DNA from: Candidatus Methylomirabilis oxygeniifera
Lineage (GTDB): Bacteria > Methylomirabilota > Methylomirabilia > Methylomirabilales > Methylomirabilaceae
Assembly: GCA_000091165.1 (NCBI GenBank)
Contig: FP565575.1
Coordinates: 1,860,001-1,892,000 of the forward strand
Direction: 5' to 3'
DNA: 32,000 nt
Shown here: one piece after another, positions 20,281 to 31,866 of the stretch
How positions within the stretch are numbered: position 1 is the stretch's first letter
Layout of the letters: the number at the start of each line of letters is the position of its first letter
Notes under the pieces: model-generated
What the model saw: only the letters and a program-made list of their open reading frames with translations
The model's database searches: none
What the model was told of the DNA's origin: nothing
Position numbers and translations under genes: made by a program

Positions 20281-20898
20281 ATGCAACTGATTCCAATGGT
20301 TGTCGAGCAGACCAGTCGGGGCGAGCGAGCCTATGATATCTTTTCTCGTCTCCTGAAGGACCGAATTCTATTCATCGGAACTCCGATCGATGATGCCGAG
20401 TCAAATCTGATCATCGCCCAACTTCTCTTTCTGGAGGCCGAAGACCCAGATAAAGATATCCACCTCTATGTCAATTCACCGGGCGGATCGGTTACGGCCT
20501 CTCTGGCGATCTATGACACGATGCAGTATATCAAGCCGGCTATCGAAACCATCTGCATGGGGCAAGCTGCCAGCGGCGCCGCACTCCTGTTGGCAGCCGG
20601 CGCCAAAGGGAAGCGCTATGCCCTTCCCCACGCGCGGATTATGATCCACCAGCCATACGGAGGAGCGCAGGGGCAAGCGTCAGACATTCAGATTCAGGCG
20701 AAAGAGATTCTTCGGATGCGGCAGGAACTGGATCGGATCATCGCCGACCATACCGGCCAGCCGCTGGAGCGAATCGAGAAGGACAGCGATCGAGACTTTT
20801 TCATGTCGCCCAGTGAGGCGAAGGACTACGGATTGATCGACGAGGTGATCTACTCGCGCGATGGCCTTGCATTATCGGCTACAGCCCCGGCGCCCTAG
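20281..20898 (+). CDS. clpP: ATP-dependent Clp protease proteolytic subunit
   Basis: [28 protein letters not shown]-like start, [62 protein letters not shown]. Confidence 0.98.
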   Translation: MQLIPMVVEQTSRGERAYDIFSRLLKDRILFIGTPIDDAESNLIIAQLLFLEAEDPDKDIHLYVNSPGGSVTASLAIYDTMQYIKPAIETICMGQAASGAALLLAAGAKGKRYALPHARIMIHQPYGGAQGQASDIQIQAKEILRMRQELDRIIADHTGQPLERIEKDSDRDFFMSPSEAKDYGLIDEVIYSRDGLALSATAPAP

Positions 20899-21098
20899 GT
20901 GATCCGAACGTCGAACCGACGTCCGGAATCGCGCCAGTGACAGTCGCTTCAACTGTCATGGGGAGACAGATCGTCAGCGCTATCCAGATTACATGGACAG
21001 TATTATGTTCCGGGCAGCATAACGGAAGCGGAGAGCCACGCACGGCGGGCCACGCAGTACTTCGCGGTCGACGTCTGGAACGCAAGGGGGAAGAGTAG

Positions 21099-22346
21099 AT
21101 GGCCAAAGCGGTAAAAGGCGGGGGGAAACTCACTTGCTCCTTTTGCGGAAAAAGTCAGGATGACGTCCGGAAGCTGATCGCCGGTCCCACGGTCTACATC
21201 TGCGATGAGTGTATCGAGCTGTGCAACGACATCATCGCGGAGGAATGGGAGGAAGAAAAAGGGAAGAGTCTGGGCGAACTCCCCAAACCGTCCGAGATTA
21301 AATCGATCCTGGACCAGTATGTCATCGGTCAGGACCGGGCCAAAAAGAGCCTTGCGGTTGCCGTTCACAACCACTATAAGCGCGTCAATGCACGGATGAC
21401 CTTTGACGACGTCGAACTGACCAAGTCCAATATTCTTCTCATCGGTCCGACCGGATGCGGTAAGACACTGCTGGCGCAAACTCTGGCCAAAATCCTGGAT
21501 GTGCCGTTCACCATCGCCGATGCCACCACCCTCACTGAAGCGGGGTATGTTGGGGAGGATGTGGAGAACATCATCCTTCGACTGCTACAGGTTGCAGACT
21601 ACGATGTGGAGCGCGCAGAGCGAGGGATCATCTATATCGACGAGATCGACAAGATCGCGCGCAAGTCTGAAAATCCATCTATCACGCGGGACGTCTCCGG
21701 GGAAGGTGTTCAGCAGGCCCTCTTGAAGATCCTGGAGGGAACCGTCGCCAATGTCCCGCCTCAGGGTGGGCGGAAACATCCCCAACAGGAGTACCTGCAG
21801 GTCGATACGACAAATATCCTGTTTATCTGCGGCGGAGCATTTGTCGGGTTGGAGAAGGCCATTGAACATCGGACCGGCCAGAAGTCGATGGGATTCGGAG
21901 CCGAGATCCAGGCGAGGCGAGGCAGGCGGATCAGCGAGCTACTGGCCCATGTGCAACCGGAAGATCTGCTTCGGTACGGCCTCATCCCCGAATTGGTCGG
22001 GCGATTGCCGGTCATGGCCGTCGTGCATGAGCTCGATGAAAAAGCGCTGGTGCGAATCCTGGTAGAACCGAAGAACGCCCTGCTGCGTCAGTATCAGAGG
22101 TTCTTCGACTTTGAGCACGTCAAATTGACCTTTACCGACGATGCGATCAGCGCTGTAGCTCAGGAGGCGGCAAAGCGTCAAACCGGCGCCCGTGGCCTCC
22201 GGGCGATCCTTGAAGAGATCATGCTCGACATCATGTATGAGATCCCCTCACAGTCGGGGATTGCGGAGTGCATCATCAACCGCGAGACCGTCGTCGAGCG
22301 AAAAGCACCCATCATCCTCTATAAGAAAAAAGCCGAATCGGCCTGA
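21099..22346 (+). CDS. clpX: ATP-dependent Clp protease ATPase subunit ClpX
   Basis: Zinc finger [30 protein letters not shown]; [18 protein letters not shown]; [19 protein letters not shown]. Confidence 0.98.
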   Translation: MAKAVKGGGKLTCSFCGKSQDDVRKLIAGPTVYICDECIELCNDIIAEEWEEEKGKSLGELPKPSEIKSILDQYVIGQDRAKKSLAVAVHNHYKRVNARMTFDDVELTKSNILLIGPTGCGKTLLAQTLAKILDVPFTIADATTLTEAGYVGEDVENIILRLLQVADYDVERAERGIIYIDEIDKIARKSENPSITRDVSGEGVQQALLKILEGTVANVPPQGGRKHPQQEYLQVDTTNILFICGGAFVGLEKAIEHRTGQKSMGFGAEIQARRGRRISELLAHVQPEDLLRYGLIPELVGRLPVMAVVHELDEKALVRILVEPKNALLRQYQRFFDFEHVKLTFTDDAISAVAQEAAKRQTGARGLRAILEEIMLDIMYEIPSQSGIAECIINRETVVERKAPIILYKKKAESA

Positions 22347-22500
22347 CCGCCGAATCGCTTGCAGGTTGCCGACACCATTTGCCGGCCCTACTTCCTTTCG
22401 CGGCAATCTGAGATTTTCGATCTTATCGCTCCTCGCCGATCTTTCGCCCACTTCATGAGGACGGGGTAGGACTTTCTCGAACGGCTCGGAGGTATTCACT

Positions 22501-23415
22501 ATGAGATTCTTTATGCCGCGCTTGCTGCTCGTGGCGGGCTGCGCGACGATCCTGTTCTCGGTCTCAGGGTGCGCGGGCCTCGATCTTTTTTCACCGAAAC
22601 AGGCTGAGGTGCCTGCCGGATCTGACCAGGAGTTGATGAGCCGGGCTGAGGCGGCCTTCGCCCTGAAGCAGTATGATGAGGGGCGCAAACATCTGCAGCG
22701 CCTGATCAACAACTTTCCTGAGAGCGAACTGGTCCCGACTGCTCGTTTGAACAGCGGTCGCACCTACTTCGATGAGAAGAGGTTTGATGAGTCGCGCGCC
22801 GAGTATCAACGGTTCATGGAACTGTTTCCACAACATGAGCAGCTTGATGAAGCCCAGTATTACATCGGACTGTCTTACTTCCGCCAGATGGAGAAGGTGG
22901 ACCGCGATCAGACCATGACTAATAACGCGGCGCGAGAGTTCCGGACCCTGATCAACGACTTTCGTAACTCACAGTTTGTGTCGGACGCGCAGGCCAAATT
23001 AGCGGAGTGCTATCGGCAACTGGTTCAAAGGGAGCTGTACGTCGGCAAATTTTACTTTCACCGTGAGGCGTATGGCGCCGCCATCCCGCGGTTCGAGTCG
23101 ATTCTGAAGGAGTACCCCGGCTCGCAGTACGACGATCAGGCACTCTACTATCTTGGAGAGTCGCTCTGGGAACTCGAACAGAAGGTACCGGCCAAGGCGG
23201 CCTTTCAGCGCCTCATTGCAGAATTTCCCGACTCCGACATGGCGCCGCCGGCCGCGAAACGGATCGGCATGACCCTTGTCCAGGGGCCGCGCAGTCGCAA
23301 ACCCCCTGCTGGTCTCGTGGGCGGCGCATTGGACTCGATGTCCGATACGCTCTCAGAGTTACAAGATGCCATCTTGGACAGTTCGATCTGGCAAGCCCCG
23401 ACGACCACCCCCTAG
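22501..23415 (+). CDS. bamD: Outer membrane assembly lipoprotein BamD
   Basis: Signal/lipobox (VSGCAG), TPR-like AFALKQYDEGRKHLQRLINNFPESELVPTARL, DQTMTNNAAREFRTLINDF, KFYFHREAYGAAIPRFESILKEYPGS. Confidence 0.87.
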   Translation: MRFFMPRLLLVAGCATILFSVSGCAGLDLFSPKQAEVPAGSDQELMSRAEAAFALKQYDEGRKHLQRLINNFPESELVPTARLNSGRTYFDEKRFDESRAEYQRFMELFPQHEQLDEAQYYIGLSYFRQMEKVDRDQTMTNNAAREFRTLINDFRNSQFVSDAQAKLAECYRQLVQRELYVGKFYFHREAYGAAIPRFESILKEYPGSQYDDQALYYLGESLWELEQKVPAKAAFQRLIAEFPDSDMAPPAAKRIGMTLVQGPRSRKPPAGLVGGALDSMSDTLSELQDAILDSSIWQAPTTTP

Positions 23416-23500
23416 GATGTCTCAGCACATGCGGACGTCGTGTCGGTATGGGGGTCATACCGCTGCTCAGGATGAGAACGCTTGCTTGGCGCTTCAGTGA

Positions 23501-24439
23501 ATGCACGAGACCAGCTGCTCACATCGACCGCCGTCTCTCGGGCATGAGACCAGGGCGCTGCTCCGGCAGTACCATCTACTGCCGAAACGAGGTCTCGGGC
23601 AAAGCTTCCTCGTCTCCCCTACCGTTCGCGACCTGATCCTTCGCGCGGCAGATGTCGGGCCACAGGACCTCGTAGTGGAGATCGGTCCCGGTACGGGAGT
23701 TCTGACCGAGGGACTGGCCGAACAAGCGGGCCGGCTGATTGCCATCGAGCGTGATCCGGGGCTCCATCGGCTGCTGGCGGAGCGCCTCGGAGATCGTCCC
23801 ACGGTGTCACTGATCTGCGGTGACGCCCTCGAATTCGATTTCGTAAACGTATGTGGCACGATGTGTCCAGCGTATACACGGGCCAAGCTGGTTTCAAATC
23901 TCCCCTATTCGGTCGCCACGCCCCTGATCCTCCAGTTGATCCCACTGCAGCGGTACTTCTCCTTCCTCCTGGTGATGGTGCAACGAGAGGTGGCGCAGCG
24001 GCTTTTGGCGTCGCCAGGCGAAGAGGGGTATAGCGCCTTAACGCTCCGTTGCCGTTACGAGGCGGATGTCTCAGCGGTGGCGCAGGTCCCACGGACGGCC
24101 TTCTACCCAAAGCCCGCAGTGGACTCGACCCTCGTTCGCCTCGACCTGCTGCCTGGGCCCAAGGTGACCGTGCATTCCCCTGGCCTGCTGTTTCGCATCG
24201 TACGGGCTGCGTTCGGGCAGCGCAGGAAGATGCTGCGTAATGCGCTGTTGAACGCCGGCATCATGACGGAGCCTGCAGACCTGGACCGGATCTTAGCGGA
24301 TGCGGGCATCGACCCGAAGCGCCGCGGCGAAACCCTGAACCTTGATGAATTTGCTCAACTCGCCGATCGTCTGTATGCGATGGGCATCACCTCGCCTCGA
24401 CAGGCCCTCCCGGGAGAAGGAGATGTTGCGTACAGCTAA
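23501..24439 (+). CDS. rsmA: 16S rRNA dimethyladenosine transferase
   Basis: PKRGLGQSFLV, VVEIGPGTGVLTEGLAE, GDALEFDF, LVSNLPYSVATPLIL, FYPKPAVDSTLVRL. Confidence 0.94.
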   Translation: MHETSCSHRPPSLGHETRALLRQYHLLPKRGLGQSFLVSPTVRDLILRAADVGPQDLVVEIGPGTGVLTEGLAEQAGRLIAIERDPGLHRLLAERLGDRPTVSLICGDALEFDFVNVCGTMCPAYTRAKLVSNLPYSVATPLILQLIPLQRYFSFLLVMVQREVAQRLLASPGEEGYSALTLRCRYEADVSAVAQVPRTAFYPKPAVDSTLVRLDLLPGPKVTVHSPGLLFRIVRAAFGQRRKMLRNALLNAGIMTEPADLDRILADAGIDPKRRGETLNLDEFAQLADRLYAMGITSPRQALPGEGDVAYS

Positions 24440-24469
24440 GCATCAGGAGAACGCGCGGGTTAGTCGACG

Positions 24470-25507
24470 ATGAAGATTTCGGCTATCGGAGAGTTTGCCC
24501 TGATCGAACGGATCAGGCGCATCCTGCCTCGACCGCGTGATGTATTGCTTGGAATCGGGGATGACTGCGCCGCGTTGCGGCCTACAGCAGGCACAGATCT
24601 CCTGCTGACGACCGATCTGTTGGTTGAAGGCGTCGATTTCACGCCGCAGACCATCACGCCCTTTCGTCTCGGGCGTAAGGCGATAGGAGTGAATCTCAGC
24701 GACATCGCCGCCATGGGGGGTATGCCGCGCACCGCGCTTGTTACGCTGGCAATTTCACCCGATGAAGAGATTGAGTTTGTCGATGAGCTCTATCGTGGTC
24801 TCCAGGAGGAAGGCGAGCGATTCGCAGTCGAGGTCATCGGTGGCGATCTGTCCGCCTCTTCCACCCTCATGATCGGCGTGACCCTGGTGGGGGAAGTAGA
24901 GGCCGGAAAGGCCGTCAGACGTTCCGGCGCGAAATCTGGGGAACGGATTTGGATCACGGGCCGCTTGGGCGCGTCGGCGGCAGGTCTTACCGCGCTCAGG
25001 GCCGGTTGCCGCCTTCAAGACGATCAGGTCGAGACCCCCTTTGAAGCCTCCGGCTCTCTCCTGGAGGCTATCAGGCAGGCTATCGAACGACATCTCTGTC
25101 CCGTCCCAAGGGTTCGAGAGGGAAGGACCCTTGGGCAGGCCGGAGTCGCATCCGCAATGATTGACCTGAGCGATGGGCTGGCTTCGGACCTGGCGCATCT
25201 GTGCCGCGAGAGCGGAGTCTCGGCAACAATCAGAGAGGATCAGATCCCGATCGACCAGGCTGCATCAGCCATCGCCCGGCGCTTCGGCCAGGAGCCGCTT
25301 ACCCTGGCGCTGCAGGGCGGAGAAGACTTCGAGCTGCTCTTCACCTCGTCGTGGGATCCTGCCGATATTGTCGCCATGTTTCCCGATGCGGTGACGGTAA
25401 CCGCAGTCGGGGAGATCCAGGAAGCGGGTGTAGGATGTCGGCTCGAACGCCAAGACGGTACCGCAATAGCGCTGACCGGCGGCTACAATCATTTCCGGCG
25501 AACATAG
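24470..25507 (+). CDS. thiL: Thiamine-monophosphate kinase
   Basis: LGIGDDCAAL, LLTTDLLVEGVDF, GRKAIGVNLSDIAAMGGMPR, GGDLSAS, MIDLSDGLASDLAHLC. Confidence 0.94.
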   Translation: MKISAIGEFALIERIRRILPRPRDVLLGIGDDCAALRPTAGTDLLLTTDLLVEGVDFTPQTITPFRLGRKAIGVNLSDIAAMGGMPRTALVTLAISPDEEIEFVDELYRGLQEEGERFAVEVIGGDLSASSTLMIGVTLVGEVEAGKAVRRSGAKSGERIWITGRLGASAAGLTALRAGCRLQDDQVETPFEASGSLLEAIRQAIERHLCPVPRVREGRTLGQAGVASAMIDLSDGLASDLAHLCRESGVSATIREDQIPIDQAASAIARRFGQEPLTLALQGGEDFELLFTSSWDPADIVAMFPDAVTVTAVGEIQEAGVGCRLERQDGTAIALTGGYNHFRRT

Positions 25508-25598
25508 CGATCAGCGTTCAGCACTCGGCCCTCAGCTACGGGTGTGGCCAGGAGGGCCGCAAGCGATTAGACTGTAAGAGCAAGAATGTTTCGCGGGT

Positions 25599-26060
25599 TT
25601 GTATGGAGGGATGAAGATGCATCTGATAAAGGAGATATTACACGCCCTATGGACGCTGGGATCGATTGTCGGCGCCGGCCTCAGAGAGGTTGTCACGATC
25701 ATGGCCTTTACCGAAGGCGGCCTCATGCGGCAGTTTCGCCTTTCGAGGCGCATCATCGCCTTCTCCTGTATTGTGCTGACGGGCCTGACCGTCGGCTCAA
25801 GCGTCACCCTGCTCAACCTGGTTCGAGGTCGGTATTACCTGACTCGCGTAAAATATTTGGAACAGGAAAATCGCGCAATGACCTCGCTCCTGCAGGAACA
25901 GGCTGAGCAACTGAGCACACTGAAGATCGAGATGGCCAAGTTGAAGGAATTTGAAGAGAGCTTGCGGCAGGTTGCCGGTCTCAGCGTTGCATCCGAGCTC
26001 CAGACAAGCGCGCCTGAACCCGCCGGTGGACGCGCGCCCTCACGAGGCCGTAGGCCGTAA
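25599..26060 (+). CDS. Membrane-anchored coiled-coil protein, resembles the N-terminal part of M23-type peptidases but lacks the peptidase domain
   Basis: RQFRLSRRIIAFSCIVLTGLTVGSSVTLLNLV TM segment followed by coiled coil YLEQENRAMTSLLQEQAEQLSTLKIEMAKLKEFEESLRQVAGL; stops 6 nt before the convergent eno end. Confidence 0.6.
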   Translation: MYGGMKMHLIKEILHALWTLGSIVGAGLREVVTIMAFTEGGLMRQFRLSRRIIAFSCIVLTGLTVGSSVTLLNLVRGRYYLTRVKYLEQENRAMTSLLQEQAEQLSTLKIEMAKLKEFEESLRQVAGLSVASELQTSAPEPAGGRAPSRGRRP

Positions 26061-26065
26061 CGGCC

Positions 26066-28608
<2,543 letters not shown>

Positions 28609-28923
28609 CCTGATATCCTCTGCTCTCGCTTGGTCACCAGCACATATGGCTACACGCCGAGCGCAACAACGCTACGCGCCACCATCACTTCACCGAACAG
28701 CGCACCAAAATCCCCCAGAATATTATCACGCTCACGGCCCCATGGCCAGATGAAACACGCGCGGTCACTCTCCAAAGAGTTACTTTTCACTTGACCCCAA
28801 CAGACATGAGATCATCGCGTGGGCCCGTAAAAGGGGCTCGCCTTGGCGCTCCTCCGGTTAAGCGCTCTGAGTAGGAAGCTCGCAAGGGGTGAGTTGCCCC
28901 GTAAAGGCAAAGAAGGACAGGAC

Positions 28924-28952
28924 TTGACAATTCGTGGGAAAGTGGTCAAAAT
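28924..28952 (+). promoter_or_regulatory. Candidate promoter upstream of the 29070/29412 pair
   Basis: TTGACA (28924-28929), 17 nt spacer, CAAAAT (28947-28952); TTGAC...GTCAA inverted halves overlap it. Confidence 0.35.
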
Positions 28953-29069
28953 CTTATTGCCCACAAGGACAAGTCCATAGGGTTCCCCTCGCCCACGGGT
29001 ACCAACGGGTACGGAGAGGGCGCGAGTGGGGAAGATTTTCTAACCGAGGCTAAAGGAGCTTGCGCAACG

Positions 29070-29402
29070 ATGTCATCCAATGAAGTTTTGTTAGACGAGC
29101 ATTTCACGCCCGTCGGAAAAGGTACCTTGGACAGTAAGAAGCGCATCGCCCTCACGAAGGCCATAGAAGCCCTGCACACTGTAATCGGCGAGGACGTAGA
29201 ACGGCTGCGTTTTAAGATCGCTTGCAACGACGCGGGCCAGATCCTGCTCTCCCCAGAAGTCACCGTTCCACTCCATGAAGCCTGGCTTTACAAAAACAAG
29301 GCCGCACTGGAGAGCGTACACCGGGGCTTGGAAGAAGCCGGACGCGGCAAGGCACGGAAGATCGGCTCGTTTGCTAAGCACGCCGACGACAAGATCGATT
29401 AG
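29070..29402 (+). CDS. Putative antitoxin of a type II TA pair
   Basis: 110 aa; LLSPEVTVPLHEAWLYKNKAALESVHRGLEEAGRGKARKIGSFAKHADD resembles antitoxin C-terminal segments; 9 nt upstream of a RelE-like ORF. Confidence 0.65.
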   Translation: MSSNEVLLDEHFTPVGKGTLDSKKRIALTKAIEALHTVIGEDVERLRFKIACNDAGQILLSPEVTVPLHEAWLYKNKAALESVHRGLEEAGRGKARKIGSFAKHADDKID

Positions 29403-29411
29403 CGGGCGAAC

Positions 29412-29711
29412 TTGTCTCAATTTACACTCACATTCACGCCGACCGCAGGCAAGCAACTAAAAGCGCTTGAGCGAGACAAGGGGCTTGAGAAGCGCCTGAA
29501 GGCGGTACAAAAGGCCCTCGGCCTCATGGAAATCGATCTCCGCCATCCGAGTCTTAATACTCATGAATACAAAAGCCTGAAGGGTTTGCAGGGTGAAAAG
29601 GTGTTTGCAACCTACGCAGAGAGTAAGACGCCGGCAGCCTATCGGATCTTCTGGCGCTACGGAACCAAGCGGGGTGAGATCATCGTTATCGCGATCACGT
29701 CTCACCCGTAA
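29412..29711 (+). CDS. RelE/ParE-like toxin
   Basis: FTLTFTPTAGKQLKALERDKGLEKRLKAVQKAL...HEYKSLKGLQGEKVFATYAESKTPAAYRIFWRYGTKRGEIIVIAITSHP: typical RelE-fold layout. Confidence 0.75.
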   Translation: MSQFTLTFTPTAGKQLKALERDKGLEKRLKAVQKALGLMEIDLRHPSLNTHEYKSLKGLQGEKVFATYAESKTPAAYRIFWRYGTKRGEIIVIAITSHP

Positions 29712-29820
29712 AGCTGCACCATCCCTTACCGATACCTGTCCAGCATCGCTCCACTTTCTACTTGACACCAAAAGGCGCGAGATCATCATATAGTTTCGTG
29801 ACGGGCAGGAGGGATCGCTT

Positions 29821-29970
29821 TGTCACACGTTACAACACTCCAAGGCGACCCACTTACTCGATGGCGGCCCCGACATCCGGACGGTCCAAGAGTTGCTTGG
29901 CCATCGGGATGTGAGCAGGACGATGATCTATGCGCAAACCACGCGTCTCCTTGGAACTACTCGGAGGTAG
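29821..29970 (+). pseudogene. C-terminal remnant of a Xer/IntI-type tyrosine recombinase
   Basis: Direct translation [49 protein letters not shown] (frame not in the ORF track, no start codon). Confidence 0.8.
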
Positions 29971-29972
29971 CG

Positions 29973-30158
29973 ATGAAACAGCGTCAGAGTGATCCGGTCA
30001 TCGATGAGATCCGGGATGTGCGCCGCCGCATCTCAGCGCGCGTTGCGCATGATCCCGCCCGATTAGTGGCCCACTACATGGAGCTACAGAAACAGGACCA
30101 GGATCGGCTGATTGAGACCGAGAAAACCGCCCAGCGCATCGATCAGTCGGCCGCCTAA
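29973..30158 (+). CDS. Small charged hypothetical protein
   Basis: MKQRQSDPVIDEIRDVRRRISARVAHDPARLVAHYMELQKQDQDRLIETEKTAQRIDQSAA*; RBS-like ggagg just upstream; stop codon lies in GCCTAAC. Confidence 0.6.
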   Translation: MKQRQSDPVIDEIRDVRRRISARVAHDPARLVAHYMELQKQDQDRLIETEKTAQRIDQSAA

Positions 30159-30215
30159 CTTTGCGCCCCAGCCAGACGCTCGCTCCACTTGTACGGCTGA
30201 GCGTGGTTGTTATAC
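30153..30215 (+). mobile_element. Degenerate attC-like site
   Basis: GCCTAAC ... CGCCCCAGCC ... GGCTGAGCG tggtt GTTATAC: R''-like, L''/L' inverted pair with mismatch, and imperfect R' (GTTATAC vs GTTRRRY). Stop codon of the upstream ORF is inside R''. Confidence 0.45.
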
Positions 30216-30267
30216 CCCGCCTGTGCCGATGTCGTAGCGAAGCGAATCTTCGTAAGGTGAGTAATCG

Positions 30268-30296
30268 TTGACAAGCTGTAATCGTTCGATTACACT
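30268..30296 (+). promoter_or_regulatory. HigBA promoter with overlapping palindromic operator
   Basis: TTGACA (30268-30273), exactly 17 nt spacer, TACACT (30291-30296); perfect inverted repeat TGTAATCG-TT-CGATTACA at 30277-30294; additional half-site GTAATCG at 30261-30267. Confidence 0.75.
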
Positions 30297-30302
30297 CTAT
30301 CT

Positions 30303-30596
30303 ATGTTCTTGATAAAACTCCTGCCCGAATTTACCGCATGGCTGGACGGTCTGTCCGATGCGTCGGTGCGCGGGGTGGTCGCGGCGCGCATCAAGCGTCT
30401 GGAGCGCGGCTTGATGGGGGACGTGGAGCCGGTCGGCGACGGGGTGTCGGAGTTGCGCATTCATTTCGGTGCGGGCTGGCGCATGTATTTCGTGCAGCGT
30501 GACGGTCAGTTGATTGTGTTGCTCGTCGGTGGCTCCAAGCGTACCCAAAAGACTGACATCAAGCGCGCCAAGGCATTGGCGGCGCTCTTGGACTAA
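30303..30596 (+). CDS. higB: HigB/RelE-family toxin (addiction module killer protein type)
   Basis: EFTAWLDGLSDASVRGVVAARIKRLERGLMGDVEPVGDGVSELRIHFGAGWRMYFVQRDGQLIVLLVGGSKRTQKTDIKRAKAL. Confidence 0.9.
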   Translation: MFLIKLLPEFTAWLDGLSDASVRGVVAARIKRLERGLMGDVEPVGDGVSELRIHFGAGWRMYFVQRDGQLIVLLVGGSKRTQKTDIKRAKALAALLD

Positions 30597-30917
30597 GTGA
30601 AGGAGATGACTATGATCCAACGTATCAAAGTAGCTGACTTACCCGAGTTTGATGCCGCGCCGTATCTCGACAGCGAGGCGGCGATTGCGGCTTACCTGAC
30701 GGATATTCTGGAAGCGAACGATTCGGCTTTGCTGGCGTCGGCATTGGGAGACATCGCTCGGGCGCGTGGCATGAGCGAGATTGCCAAGGCATCCGGACTG
30801 ACCCGCGAAGCTTTGTACAAGGCGCTCAGACCCAATGCGAAACCGCGCTACGACACCATCGCGAAGGTCTGTGCGGCGCTCGGGGTGCGGCTGGTGGCAC
30901 AGGCGATTCATGCGTGA
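30597..30917 (+). CDS. higA: HigA-type HTH antitoxin
   Basis: AAPYLDSEAAIAAYLTDILEANDSALLASALGDIARARGMSEIAKASGLTREALYKALRPNAKPRYDTIAKVCAALGVRL; abuts higB. Confidence 0.9.
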   Translation: MKEMTMIQRIKVADLPEFDAAPYLDSEAAIAAYLTDILEANDSALLASALGDIARARGMSEIAKASGLTREALYKALRPNAKPRYDTIAKVCAALGVRLVAQAIHA

Positions 30918-30944
30918 GCCTCCAAAGTTGACCGCCCGAGGAGA

Positions 30945-30965
30945 TAGGCGCCACAATGGTGCCTA
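30945..30965. terminator. Hairpin after higA
   Basis: TAGGCGCCA-CAA-TGGTGCCTA (9 bp with one G:T), no T-tract. Confidence 0.35.
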
Positions 30966-31629
30966 ATGAACGGCTCAACCAGGCAACTACCCGACCGCAA
31001 TGAATGGCTGAATGCCTCCACGCTTTCCCTCGAAAAGGCAGTCCAGACGCCTGCTTCGCCACGAGAAGCCACGAAAAGCGCTTGACCGCCTTCCAGATTT
31101 GGCGTAATAGATCGTTAGTTACCTTTCTTTCCCTTGGAGAGGTGTGTCTGCCGCTTGTCTGCCAGGCAGGGAGGATAGCATGGGGCAATCTCACTAAAAC
31201 GGGGGCAATTCATTGTCCTGCCCTTCCAGGTCATCGAGCAGGTGGACGAGCTGCACGCCGAAAGGCCAGAGGACACGTCACCACAAGGATTGCTTTTTGA
31301 CGAACGCGGGCTATCGTCTGCGTCGCTCAGTTCAAGTCGTAAGACGGCTGCACACGGCTTGCCTGATGAACAGTACCTACACTACCGGGGTCGATGAGGC
31401 TTGAGGTTGTTGGTCCAATTGCAGACGTTGAGGTTATCGCGTCAGGACCAGCAATTCGGGCGCGCTCCTACCTTCGCAAGGCGTATGGTCGAGGTCGATG
31501 GCGGAAGTGAAAGGGTGTTGCCACCGTTCGCCTGCCGAACGGCGCTTTGCGGAGGGTAGAGTTGCGTTGGTATGAAGCGCATGATATTGGTAGGAGAGAC
31601 CTGAGAATCAAACGCTACTTGGAAGACGT

Positions 31630-31866
31630 ATGAAAACGACGATGAAGCCGTTTGCGCTGTGTATCGATAACACAGACTATCAGGCATCACTCATCCTTGG
31701 CAAGGTCTATCATATTCTTCCGGATCCAAAAGCTGCCAAAGATGATCTTGTGCGCATCGTCGATGAGAGCGGCGAAGACTACCTCTATCACAAGGGGCTT
31801 TTTGTCTTTGTGGACTTTCCGAAAGTAGTGAAGAAGAAAATCCTCGCCCTTGCGACTGCTGCCTAA
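31630..31866 (+). CDS. Small hypothetical protein
   Basis: MKTTMKPFALCIDNTDYQASLILGKVYHILPDPKAAKDDLVRIVDESGEDYLYHKGLFVFVDFPKVVKKKILALATAA; stop codon within GCCTAAC (31861-31867). Confidence 0.6.
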   Translation: MKTTMKPFALCIDNTDYQASLILGKVYHILPDPKAAKDDLVRIVDESGEDYLYHKGLFVFVDFPKVVKKKILALATAA

